Shown piece by piece: positions 14,951-26,669 of a stretch of 64,000 bases of DNA. The notes under the pieces are model-generated. The model saw only the letters and a list, made by a program, of their open reading frames with translations, did no database searches and was not told the DNA's origin. The stretch's first letter is position 1; each line of letters opens with the position of its first letter. Source of the DNA: Amoebidium appalachense (lineage: Eukaryota > Protista > Ichthyosporea); contig CAVNZM010000001.1 of NCBI GenBank assembly GCA_963693365.1, forward strand, positions 20,034,125-20,098,124, read 5' to 3'. The position numbers were made by a program, and so were the translations under genes.

Positions 14951-15000
<50 letters not shown>

Positions 15001-15995
15001 CGCATTTATGGCAATCCCCGCAACAAGGTTGCACTCGCGGTCCTAAAGTCTAGGGGGATCAAATATGTCGTTGGTGACGATTCCAGGTAAACCCCCCCCC
15101 CCCCCCCCCCCCCAAACGGCTCGCCCGCCCGCCTGCCTGCCCACCCTCTCTTAGACAAGGGATGTCACACAAACACACACGGCATCTCTCTTACATACAC
15201 ACCAGTGTTCTTTGTATACACAAGCCCACCTCTCTCTGTGCATACACACCTCTTTCAGCTGCATGTTTTTTTTTTACTTTCGGATACGGGCCAGCCCTCA
15301 TATTGCAATGACCGGATATCTCTCCGGACTGTGTACGAGCGTGTACGTGGTTGGTTGCATTTTTGTTCTTTCCTTCCGGTCTGTACCTTGCGAACCAATT
15401 AGGTATCATGTTCCAACCCGGGTCCCCGTACCAATCCCCCCCAATTCTCTTTGTCGTATATCCCTTTGCCACTCATCGCCCACTCGCGTCCGCTCCTCCC
15501 AAACACACCTATATCCCTCCTTGCATTCCAACACGTATGCTCACATCCCCCCCCCCCCTTCTTCCCTCACCCCGCGGACACAGACCCGAGCTTCTCTCTG
15601 AGAAGAACAACCTTCCTCTTGTGACCAATGCCGATCGTTGGGGTGTGGCCGGGATTACGATCCTCAATCGGCATGCCACAAACGTGGATTACGGCGACTC
15701 CCTGCCGGAGCACATGGTCTATAACTGGGGTGAGTGTGCCTGGGTGTTTGTTGGGTGTGATCGTTTCTGCGCGTGTTTGAAGGGTGTGTGTTCGTGTGTT
15801 TGGTACGAGTGTGTCCGTGTGTGTGTCGGGGGTGTGTTTGGGGTTAGTGTGTCTCTGTGTGTGTGTCTTTTTGTGCCTGGGACGAGTGTGTTTGTATGGG
15901 ATTGGTTGACATTCAGGCACTAACCTGTAACACCCCACCTCCATTCAAACTGCACACAAACGCACACACATACATGCTCGCACACATGTATATAT

Positions 15996-16034
<39 letters not shown>

Positions 16035-17060
16035 TGTACACACAGACAAGTACAGCCTGTGTGTGACAGGCACCTCAGGCACACCCTGCAGTGAGTTTGT
16101 GCTGACCTACGAGAATGCAATGGACCGCGATGCAAAGCAGTGGCTTGCCTATCTGCTGTGGTACCAGCCATTCCCATTCATGTTCCACCAGGTGAGTGTG
16201 CCCATTTTGCCCCCCCCCCCCCCCCCCCCCCCCCCGCAACCGGGCATGGTTGCGCTGTGTCGTGCATCTGGAAGCACATACGCATTTTCCGCTGCACTGC
16301 ATTAGTTTGCACACACATATTCACCGTTTTGCTCACCTTGCTTGCATAAGCAACCCTGCTCGTCTTTGATCAAGACGGGTTGACCCTCCCGAGTTCAGTT
16401 GATGCTGCTGTCTGAGTTGGAGAGTCGTATATACGCGGGCTAAGGGGTCGAAACTCAAATGCAATGACTTGGGCCCTCCCTGAGGATGGGCTCTGCTTAT
16501 GACGCATACTGTGCGCATGGCTGATGTTGTGAATGTTTGCCTTTGCATGTGTCCTTCGCGTATGCGTACTTCGTACCGTGTTCCGCATTCAACCCCCCCC
16601 CCCCCCCCCCCCCCCCCCCAATTACCCCATTACTTTGCTTGCATGTCCCCCTGCCTTTGCAGACAGCAACGGCGGTGGCTAGCCACTTGTGTGTGTATGT
16701 GTTTGAAGACCTGGGGGTGGGGGGGGATGTTTGGTGTGGGTTAGGGGGGTGGGGGGGGAAGGGGGAGGGGGAAGGGAGGGTTGCACAGCATGTTTGGTTG
16801 TTTTGGTTGTGCTTGATAAATGTCTGAACCTAGGTTCGGACTGGAAGTGTGCGACAGAAGTGGCTACTGGCCACTTGTTCAGATAGTGGGGGGGGGGGGG
16901 GGGGGGGGGGAGGGAGGGGGGGGGGGGGGAGAGGACTGGGGGACATGTGATCTGATTTTGGTAGCTCGGCCCACTCCTATTCCTCTTGCATATACAAACA
17001 GGCACCGCGGCACACACGTATTTAACACACACATAAATGCACGTGCACGAAAACACACGC

Positions 17061-17099
<39 letters not shown>

Positions 17100-18055
17100 C
17101 CAACTTCAACAAGTTCGACCGCAACGGCGCATCCTCATCCCTCATCCGTGACTGGAGTGAGAGGTATCCCCCTCACCCCCCCAACACACACACAATTTCT
17201 GCTCATCGTGTAGTTATACTTGGCACCGTGTTTTGCATATAGTTTGTATTTTGCGACGACAGGCAGCCCTTACAGCACCGGTACCAAGCATCGGTGGTTT
17301 AGTGGTATAATTCTTGCCTGCCACGCGGGAGACCCGGGTTCGATTCCCGGCCGATGCATATTTTATTCGGGATTTTCGGGATATTCGTTTTGTTCCTTCA
17401 TCTTTTGCAGTATCATTTCACATTCCCAATAAGCAGCCAATCATATTTCCAAAGAATCCCGAGGAAATCTTTCAACCAATAGAAAACGGCTATGACTGAG
17501 CCAAACCCCCCCCCCCCCCCCCCCCCCCCGGCACATCCTAGAACCTTGCATGAATGATTATTGGCCCTTTTTTTCCTTCGATGTTGGGATACAGATAAAC
17601 GTTTGCAACATTAAACAGTGCATTGGCTTTAGCAAGCTGCCCATGCAAAGGTCTTAGTTTATGTTGTAATCCTGTGATCTGATTGACCGGGTTGTGATTG
17701 CCATCATAATGGGAACCAAGCCTGGACGGTAAAATTTAATCCTTTGATCTCCATTGGTCACAGGGCGGCTTTCATTTTGATGAGAACCATTCGTCTGTGT
17801 GTTTAATTTTAACCTTTAATTCTGATTGGCCACAGGGTGATTGTCAACCTGATGAAGTACTACAACAAGATGCCTGTCCTTTCACGTAACATGGACACGT
17901 ATGGAGAGTCACAGACAGAGAGGCTGGAACGATCAAACTGCGGCCTGAAGGGCGCTATTCAGGTGGGTGTGGACATATGCATGTGCGTGTGTGTGGATGT
18001 GTGTGTGCCTGTGTGTCGCGTGTGTGGGTGAGTGGATGTGTGTGCTTCATATATG

Positions 18056-18113
<58 letters not shown>

Positions 18114-18199
18114 CGCATGTTTTGTGTTTGTGTTTGTGTGCAAGTGTGGGGGCATGTTCTTCTTCTTTCTTTTTTTTCTTTCTTTTTTTCTCTTTTTTT

Positions 18200-18250
<51 letters not shown>

Positions 18251-18546
18251 TGTGTGGGTGTGTGTGTGCGCGCTTTTTCACACCAGTGCCGTGTTGCCTC
18301 GGACCCATTTGTGTGGACAAGTGCAAGTGTTTCGGAGATGTGCTGGTTTTGAAGAGGGCTTATCAGGAATGTCTTTGGTTTGAAGCCTTCCAACCTCACC
18401 CCCTCCCCCCCCTCCCCCCCCCCCCCCCCCTTCCCCTCCCCCCTTTCGCAGCTTTCCAGTTTCCCTGTTTACCTCATCGAACAAATGCCTGATACTCAAA
18501 ACCCCTCGATTCCACACACACAAACACAAACAGGCGCACACGCGCG

Positions 18547-18604
<58 letters not shown>

Positions 18605-18848
18605 CGTGTACACAATCGCACAGTTTGCGGATGGCAAGCCAGCCAAGATTGAGCTCTCCAGCAATAGCAAGTGTGTAGCCCGGGTTTCATTTTCCAGCAA
18701 AAGTGCAGCTGCCTCCCCTAAGGAAGGCGATACGGAAACCGTAAGCCCCCTTTATTCCCCCCTCCCCCCTCCACCCCCCACCCCCCACCCCTCCATCTTT
18801 CCCCCCTACTCCATCTTCTTCCCCTCCACCCCCCCCCCCCCCCCTCCC

Positions 18849-18883
<35 letters not shown>

Positions 18884-19381
18884 ATTTTTCCCAACCTTCC
18901 CCCTTCCCCCCCTTCGCCCCCGGGGAGGGGAAGAAGGGGGGGTGCTGGAGAAGCGGAAGAAATATGGGGGGGGGGGGGGGGGGGGGGTATCCCACCCAGC
19001 GTTTGGTTTCCGTCTCCCCTCTTCTTTGTCCTGCCCGCCCATTGTATCTATGTATGTGGGATATGAAAAGGGCTTCGAAGCACAAGCAGTGCCCAGTTGG
19101 TTGGTTTGGTGGGCGGTTTGAACCTAGGAAGCCACAGAATATGTCTAAGGACAACGGTGAGTGATTTTTGGCCTATCAAAGGGCCGTGTGAAGTACTAAG
19201 CTTTAAAGCCGTAAGTCAGACATTTTCGATTCAGGACGACCATAATCAGCAACCACAACACACCGATCTGAATCTACAGGAACAATTCCCCTATCATGGC
19301 CTTTATAGTTATGGGGTTGGTCCCTAGCAAGTGTACTTTTCACACAAAACAACGTGGTACTATCACTTACAATGGTCAACC

Positions 19382-19415
<34 letters not shown>

Positions 19416-19526
19416 CCATCCCTCTTCCCTCCCTCCCTTTCTCCCAAACACCTACCGTTCCAGGTCGGAGATGACAAGACAACGGCTGTGGCTGTGGACA
19501 CCTCAGCCACCCTTATGCTGACATGA
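6010..19526 (+). CDS. Secreted Agd3-like polysaccharide deacetylase (carbohydrate esterase family 18-like), ~19 exons
   Basis: Signal-peptide-like exon 6010-6171. Spliced motifs match fungal Agd3 in order: WGTRGIYLGNRRLYLHMQVDDWF (~11485-11555), LPNGSDITFEMAFNG (~12140), WVSHTWSH (~12573-12596), LVPPEISGL (~14342), GIKYVVGDDSRPEL, RHATN, PFMFHQ/ANF (16175-17107), SLIRDW. Stop TGA 19524-19526. GT-AG introns. Confidence 0.85.
8939..9430. repeat. 36-bp intronic minisatellite: ~9 conserved plus several degenerate units
   Basis: Unit tttgcattgcgatacactaacatgatccgggtggta is repeated head to tail without spacers over ~8939-9265 and decays to ~9430. Confidence 0.95.
13910..14053 (+). mobile_element. 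Interspersed repeat, diverged 5'-truncated copy C
   Basis: ggtcgaaactc...ccctgaggatgggctctgctta...tacttcgtac...cgcattcaaa, lying between two poly-C tracts. Confidence 0.65.
14650..14746 (+). mobile_element. Interspersed repeat, short 5'-truncated copy D
   Basis: gctctgcttgtgacgcat...gatgttgcatactt...ctcatcgtgtatg...tacttcgt...gcattcaa followed by C run; preceded by poly-C. Confidence 0.65.
16236..16592 (+). mobile_element. Interspersed non-coding repeat, copy B (Agd3-like intron)
   Basis: Near-identical to 2555-2936; poly-C on both sides. Confidence 0.75.
17288..17358 (+). tRNA. tRNA-Gly (GCC), intronless, inside an intron of the Agd3-like gene
   Basis: GCATCGGTGGTTTAGTGGTATAATTCTTGCCTGCCACGCGGGAGACCCGGGTTCGATTCCCGGCCGATGCA: acceptor stem GCATCGG/CCGATGC, A and B boxes, anticodon GCC, followed by a T4 run. 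Confidence 0.97.
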
Positions 19527-20256
19527 AACCACACGAATGGGGGGATAAGTTGCTGCATGCAACAGACTTCGTGAGAAGAATCAAGTACAAATATGTTCAC
19601 ACACTTCCTGCCACGCAACCCGCCTTATGTATAAATTAAGTTCTAATTCTAGAGACTCGAGCTTGTAATTATTATTTAAGCACTAGAAGTGAGGCGACAC
19701 TAACCACACACCACTAGTAGTCCAATGCCAATAGGCGTCTGCTTTTTCATTATTTTAATCTTAAAAGTTTACTTTTAGTTGTAGTATCCCTGGACTTAGG
19801 CTTGCTTGTAGCAGCCGAACCGGCGATAGATGCTGGTTGCCTCATATGGCTAAGTGTCCTGTTGCTTCATTGGTGTATCACGAGGCCACGTCGTGTGTCC
19901 CAGTTTGGACACAGAAACACATGTAAGTAGAGAGTTGTGCCACAACTAAAGCGCCAATAAAAGTAAAAGAGATTTGTAACCGATGAGCCCAATATCTGGA
20001 TAAGGCAGTTTTATTTCACCGTTGTGTGCAGGTCGCTGTGCACTTGTGGATATCAGCACATTTTCGGTATATATATCCCATCAAAACCCTCAACCCTCAC
20101 CATGCGCGGCCCCATACCTTTCCGCGAAAATACACACGGACACAAACACCCGCACACACTTGCACAAACACACACACACACACACACAGACAGACTCTGA
20201 GAGAGAGAGACTCTGAGAGAGAGAGGGGGGGGGGGGGGGGGGGGGGGGGGTGTGTG

Positions 20257-20316
<60 letters not shown>

Positions 20317-21405
20317 CTTACACGGACACACACGTGTACACACAGCACCCGGCCGGGTGAGTCTCTAGCGGTACTGTGGGACCGGTATACCCACCCAAAA
20401 CTGCAATGCTGAACAAGATGGTGTCTTGAAACGGTTAAGGCTTAGCATAAGGTCAGAACACACACAGAGTGGCGCACATGCAACTTTTACAAGCCCCGGA
20501 CCACGAACACAATCACTCGTGTTAACTTTCGCAGCGAGACACCACAAAGTCAGCCTTGGAAAGAGACTCATGCTTGTTCATTGAACGACTTATGATATGT
20601 TTTAGCGTGTATATTAGAGGCGTTCGTGTGTTGCACCGTGGGCCACTCATGAAACATAGGGGGCTTTATCCGTATTTACTTACTCGAGGCCCAAAGACCA
20701 GACTCAGGCATATAGGTGGTGGCAGCGGGTAAGGAAGAGAGGAGAAGGGGGGGGGGGGGGACCCCCCCCCCCCCCCAAAAAAAAAAAAAAAAAAGAAAAA
20801 GAAAAGAAAAGAAAAGAAAAGAAAAGAAGAAAAGAAAAAGAAAAAAGCAAATCTGGTATATGAGTAGCCCCATTTGTAGGTAATTATTCGTGATCACATA
20901 TACTCGCACGAGTCTCAGATAGATTATGGCTGGGCCGTCACGTAACAATGAACGGTATTTTATTGGCAACATGTGTGCAATTGTTATTCCATGTGCTCAC
21001 TAACGGGTAGTTATGAATATTCATCCAGGCTTAACTTAACATTTGCACTTACAGCAAGAGCCTCCGCTGTCGCCAGAAGCCCATTTGATAAGAAATGTGA
21101 TTACCTGAATAATATATATATATATATATAGTCTATGTTTCTACAAAACATGATTAAATCTTGTACATACGGTCCTGTGTACAGATGACCAATTCGAATG
21201 GGAGGGGGCTGACAGCAGGAAGAGGTTGAGTCACTATTGATACATGGCCCGGTATCACTAAACAATTAGGCCACTAATGTTAATTAACTCGGTCTCTGAT
21301 AAACTAAACCTAATATTTTACAAATGTTGAATTTCAGACAGAAAACACAAGCTATACAAGAACCTGTGAATTGAAAGGCATGTCCCATTGCTATATATCG
21401 TGCTG

Positions 21406-21719
21406 CTACAACGATATCTGAAATGCAGGGGCATTCTCTGTCGGTGTGCTGCAGTCAACAGCAAAGAGAATACTGCCGTCACTTTCACTGCTGCTGCCGG
21501 GCCTAACCAGCCACCCAGGCCCATACTCCCCCTTGTAGCCCAGCGTGCGCCGCACCTATAGGGTGTGCACGTGGTCAGGCGGTGATTTCTTTATACGTAT
21601 TCTAGATCTGGTCTTAATTAGTGAAAAGGAGGTCCCAGGGAGGTGGTGGAAGGGGGTTGGTGGTATGGGGTGGTTTCAAGTTTTTTTTGTTTTTTGTTTT
21701 TTTGTTTTTTTTTTTGGGT

Positions 21720-21753
<34 letters not shown>

Positions 21754-23288
21754 GGGGGGGGGAGGAGGAGAAGGGCGGGAGGGGGGGGGAGGGGGGGGGG
21801 GTTGAGGGTTGGGAAGGAGCGGGAGGAGGGGGAAGCCTTGAGGGGCAGGGGGGGGGGGGGGGGGGGAGGGGGGGGGGTCATAAAGTGTTTATAATGTGGC
21901 ATGTATAGGCAGAGTCACATTGGCAATGCTCCTCTCTCAGACTGGTCTTTGTTGGAACATCTGGCCCAAACCCGCTAATTCAAAAAATAGGGTATTTATT
22001 TTAAGGGCGTACCGCATCCAATCATTCGGCGCCAAATTTTTTAAGGGCGTACCGCATCCAATCGGCTGATATGACTTCCAAAAATCGGATCGTCTAAGCC
22101 AGCGAATCAATTTCGGTAACGGCCAATCCAAGCCGTTGCGGCAGAAAAAACTGGTATGCTCAGCGGGTTGTTCCAACTTACATCGGACTTAATCGCAGTA
22201 ATCATAGCGCGAAACCGTGCAATAAAGCAGTATAAGGATAGTATAATACCATATTCTAAAGCAGCAGAGTTTGCGCTCGTTTCTACTAGAAAAAAGCGCG
22301 CTTTGTTCTTTAGCTATTGGGGAGGTAGATTCACCGACCGCTACAGATATTTTACCGCGCTCATAATCAGATCGATGAAAAAGGAAAGAGATCGGAATGC
22401 GGAAATTAGGCCCCCGAGCGTTAGCGCAAGTTGGCGCTATGAAGAGGGTATCATTATCAACCAAAGAAATGCACAGAGTTTCGATGATCAGCGAATGAAC
22501 CGTGTAGTGAGCGATGTGGAGAGGAAGGGGAGGGTATTGGAGTGGATGGGTGGCTGGATGGTGTAGTTTAACAGTTGTGTGTGTGTGTGTGTGTGGGGTG
22601 GGGTGGGTGGGTGGGGGGGGGGGGGGAGGGTTGCTGTTGTTGGTGTTTTTGTTATTTTTGTTTCTTTTTTGGGGGAGAGGGCGGTGAGGCTGAGGGGGGG
22701 AGCCTCTGAGGGGTGCTCAAGGGGGAAGGGGGGGGGGGGGGAGGGGGGGGGGGAGGGGGGGATTCGGGGTAAGTGGGACGGGGTGTCATCGAATCAAAAA
22801 GGCAGTGTGTCTTTACCTTGAATGTGCGGCCCACTGTGGCCAGATGATACTGCGAGACAAGAGCGAGGGAGATAGAGAGAGAGGGGAGACAGAGACACCA
22901 TGTGTGTGAGTCAAGGGTGCATGGGATATTGGCATGGTTTGTATGTGCTGACATTTAATGGCGTCCTTACCAGCAGCTGCTGAACGTTGAAGGCACCCGG
23001 GCCCTTCTATGCCATACAGTGTGCACATATAGGCGCGCTGCATGCAACATGTCAATTTTTCAACCAAGAAGTGTTCTTTACCAAAACCTTTATTGAGTGA
23101 CTCGCAGGACCTGTATCAGCATATGTATACTTGTAGTTGCACCTACTACAACCACACATGTATACAGACCCAGATGTTGTGCCTCACATTTCTTTGTTAG
23201 GGTTCTTTCGAGTGCGGTATTCTCACAGTTCAAACCTTAAAACGAGGTCTCTAGATATATAGTTGGTTGAACGATATATTCGGCGGCA

Positions 23289-23335
<47 letters not shown>

Positions 23336-23587
23336 CTAAAACGAGCGGTGACTATGCATATACTCTGTCGAGCTACATAAGGTGTGTCCTATGTACATTG
23401 TGGTATTACATGTCTGAAAACCATGCACAAGATGTACACAGGCACATTATTCTTACTACAAACTCGATCAGTCTCAATAGTGTGCTTAGTTCGAGTCAAA
23501 ACTGCCCACCACCACACGCAACATCTTCATTCATGGTCCGGCACACACACCGTGGCACTTACACTTTGGCGATTCTTCCAGAAACAT
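21406..23587 (-). CDS. Orphan ~106-aa protein, six exons, starting just downstream of the COA4 stop
   Basis: Exons 23587-23563, 23235-23188, 23110-23082, 23006-22971, 22849-22817, 21555-21406. Donors GTAAGT/GTGAGG/GTAAAG/GTAAGG/GTAAAG; phases 1,1,0,0,0 join into MFLEESPKCLNCENTALERTLTKKCPASHSIKVLKGPGAFNVQQLLYHLATVGRTFKVRRTLGYKGEYGPGWLVRPGSSSESDGSILFAVDCSTPTENAPAFQISL*. No family recognised. Confidence 0.62.
21960..22500. promoter_or_regulatory. CpG-rich, repeat-free island with clustered CCAATC boxes and a 25-bp direct repeat
   Basis: ttttaagggcgtaccgcatccaatc at 21999-22023 and 22039-22063; a further ggccaatcc near 22121. Composition resembles the promoter regions elsewhere in the window. 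Confidence 0.4.
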
Positions 23588-23654
23588 CCCACCCAGGGAT
23601 GAAGGAAGAATGTCCGCCACACCAACTGTGATCAGTCTTATGACGACATGTTGT

Positions 23655-23798
23655 TTACTTCTTGCCTTCTGCTTTTTGGTGCTTCTCGAAGCACTCCTTG
23701 AATGCCTTCACCTGTGGTTCGAAAAGAGAAAAACAAGAGAGGGAGTAAGATGGAGGGAAGGCGAGAGGTAAAGGGAGAAAATGATGGGTTACGTACAT

Positions 23799-23854
<56 letters not shown>

Positions 23855-26025
23855 CGTGCGCGGGCGCGGGCGTGCGTGCGTGCGTGCGTGTGTGTGTGTG
23901 CGTGTGTGTGTGTGTAAAGAAGGGGGAGGGGGGAGGGGATTGGAAAGGTTGGATGGAGAGAGGGGGGGGGGATTGGAAAGGTTGGATGGAGAGAATAAGT
24001 TGGAGAGATGGGCGTGCAGAAACAGAGACTATTTTTAAGGATGGCTTTTTGGTTGGTGGTGACGGTGGCTGGGAAACCTTAAGGGGGAGGGGGGAATTGT
24101 AACAGGAAACTCATAAAAGAAGATAGTGAAAACAAAAGGGAGGGAGGGAGGGAGGAAGAGAGGGAGGGAGGGAGGGAGGGAGGGAGGGAGGGGCGGAGAG
24201 ACGGACGGAGGGAGGGAGGGAAGGAGAAAGAGACACATTACGAAAGGTGAACGCAGCAGTAGATGTGCTGGTTGCCTGATCACGAACCAGCTTAAACACG
24301 TATGGGTATTTTAATATCCCTTCCCGAAGTTTCATTTCATTTTCAGTTCATTTCCATTTCATGTTTTTGTGCTCCCACCTGTGGCTGGCACACCCTCCAG
24401 TCCTTGGTCTGGCCCATGCAGTCCTGTAGAGCATAGTGTTCGTCTTTGCACCCACTCTGCTCCAGTCTCACCTCAAAGGGATCTTCCTCTTCCTCTTCGG
24501 GGGCGGAAGAATCTGCCTGTGTGTGTGCGCGAGCGCGTGTGTGTGGGTGTGTGTGCATGTGTGTGTGTGCGTGCACGGGTGCGTGCGAGGGTGTGTCTGT
24601 GTGTGTCCGCGTGTGCGTGTGAGAGTGTGAGTGTGATTATACGTGTGTCTATGTAGCTTGATGGTGCGAGCGTGTGTGCGCACGTGTGCATGTGTGCATT
24701 TCTGTGAGTGCGCCGTAGTTGTGTGTGTATGCAGCGTTGCATGCATGTTTGCGCATCATTGTATATGTGTGTATTGCCTGGGGAAGAACGCAAGATGACG
24801 AGCATCGCAAAGCGTGATTGCATAGAAAAAAGCCCCTCCGGGGAGGGGAGGCCGAGGGGCGGAAGGGAGTTACATATCAGTCACAGGACAAACATACAAA
24901 TAATTGGAGTTTTGATCACCACTTGGTCTGACACAGAATGATAAGGCCGAATTGAGCTGGGTGGGTATCTCCAACATAAACGAGAGAAGTCGGGGGGCGG
25001 GGAGTGGGAGGGGGGGGGGGGGGGGGGGGAGGGTAGACGATATTGAGGAGATATGCAGGTATGAGCATTGGGGGAGGCGAAGCAGGGGATCGGGGAAGGG
25101 ATAACGGAAATCTGATGATCGATTGGAAGTGCAAACTGCAGACAAAGGATAAGAATGGAGCGAGATACTGTCCTCCCCACCTCCCCCCAATCCACAGTCA
25201 CTCAGACTCACCCCAAGATTAAGTTAACGGGGTTATGGCGAGAAACATGAAATTGTTACGAATTGAAAAGGATGCGGATTCACCGGCCGGGATTACGATT
25301 CAACAACATATACGTTAGTGTCAGTTATGCAACACTACCGCAAAACCAACCCCCCAATCTTAGGGATGACAAGAAGTCTAGCCATACTCTGTCAGCATGA
25401 AACCAGAGATACCGGCCACGTAGACGTTACTGGTGGGACAACGAGGTGTTGGGGCAAATGGCGCAGGGGGAGGGGGGAGCGGATGAGAGTAGGAGCAAGG
25501 TGTTGAGGCAAAGGGGGATTGCCAGTGGAAGGAGCGGGTGGGAAGAGGCGAATGAGAACACTGCTGCATGTTTTGAAAGATAACTTAGAGAACCTACACT
25601 GCCGGGCAAAGCATAGCAAAGAAAGGAAAATGGCCGGACAGATGTGTATAAGGGGGAAGGAGGCTGGAGGCACGGGGAAGGGGGGGGGGGGGGGGGGGGG
25701 GAGGGGAGGGGTGCGAAGGGGAAGAGGGGAGGAGGGGGATCGAGGAAGAGGGGGAGAGGGGGAGGGGGAGAGTGGAGGGAAGGGAGAGAGAGGAAGAGGA
25801 GAGAGGGACAAAGGGTAATAGGTAGGGAGGAAAAGAGTGGGAAGGGGGAGAGTGATAAAGAGAGAGTGAGAGTGAATGTGAAATGTGAAGGAGGGACAAA
25901 GAGCGAGAGAGAGGAAGAGAGGGAGGCATAGGGAGACAAAGAGAGGGAGAGCTAGGAAGAGAGACAGACAGGGGGGGGGGGGGGGAGGGGGGAGAGAGAT
26001 AGGAAGAGAGGGGGGGAGAGAGAGA

Positions 26026-26075
<50 letters not shown>

Positions 26076-26114
26076 AAGAGAAGAGAGAGAGAGAGGGAAA
26101 GGGGGAGAGAGAGA

Positions 26115-26185
<71 letters not shown>

Positions 26186-26198
26186 CGATAGAGAGGGG

Positions 26199-26252
<54 letters not shown>

Positions 26253-26372
26253 GAGAGGGGGGGGGGGGGGAGTAGGGGAGAGAGAGAGAGAGAAGGGGAA
26301 GGAGAGAGGGAGGGAGAGAAGAGAGGGAGAGAGGAAGAGAGGGAGGGAGAGGGAGAGGGGGGGGGGGGGGGG

Positions 26373-26410
<38 letters not shown>

Positions 26411-26486
26411 AGAGAGAGGGGGGAGAGAGAGGGAGAGGGGGAGAGAGGGAGAGAGAGAGCGAGAGAGAGAGAGAGAAGAGAGGGAA

Positions 26487-26580
<94 letters not shown>

Positions 26581-26669
26581 GGGAGGTAGATGCTTAGTGC
26601 CACGCTCACCGTATGCTCAGCTGGTTTGCGCTCTGACGGGACCTTTGCGTAGCCTTTGGTGGAATGCAT
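23655..26669 (-). CDS. COA4: Cytochrome c oxidase assembly factor 4 (twin CX9C protein, CHCHD8/Cmc3 family)
   Basis: Exons 26669-26610 ([20 protein letters not shown]), 24516-24379 ([39 protein letters not shown]), 23711-23655 ([18 protein letters not shown]). Twin CX9C spacing and DWRxC motif. Confidence 0.9.
25900..26585. repeat. Compound (GA)n/poly-G low-complexity tract in COA4 intron 1
   Basis: Directly visible. Confidence 0.95.

Noticed and set aside
21318-21524. Track ORF MGLGGWLG... as a secreted peptide
   Set aside because: Better explained as an alternative frame of the orphan gene's terminal exon, which has a branch site and TAG acceptor at 21556-21558.
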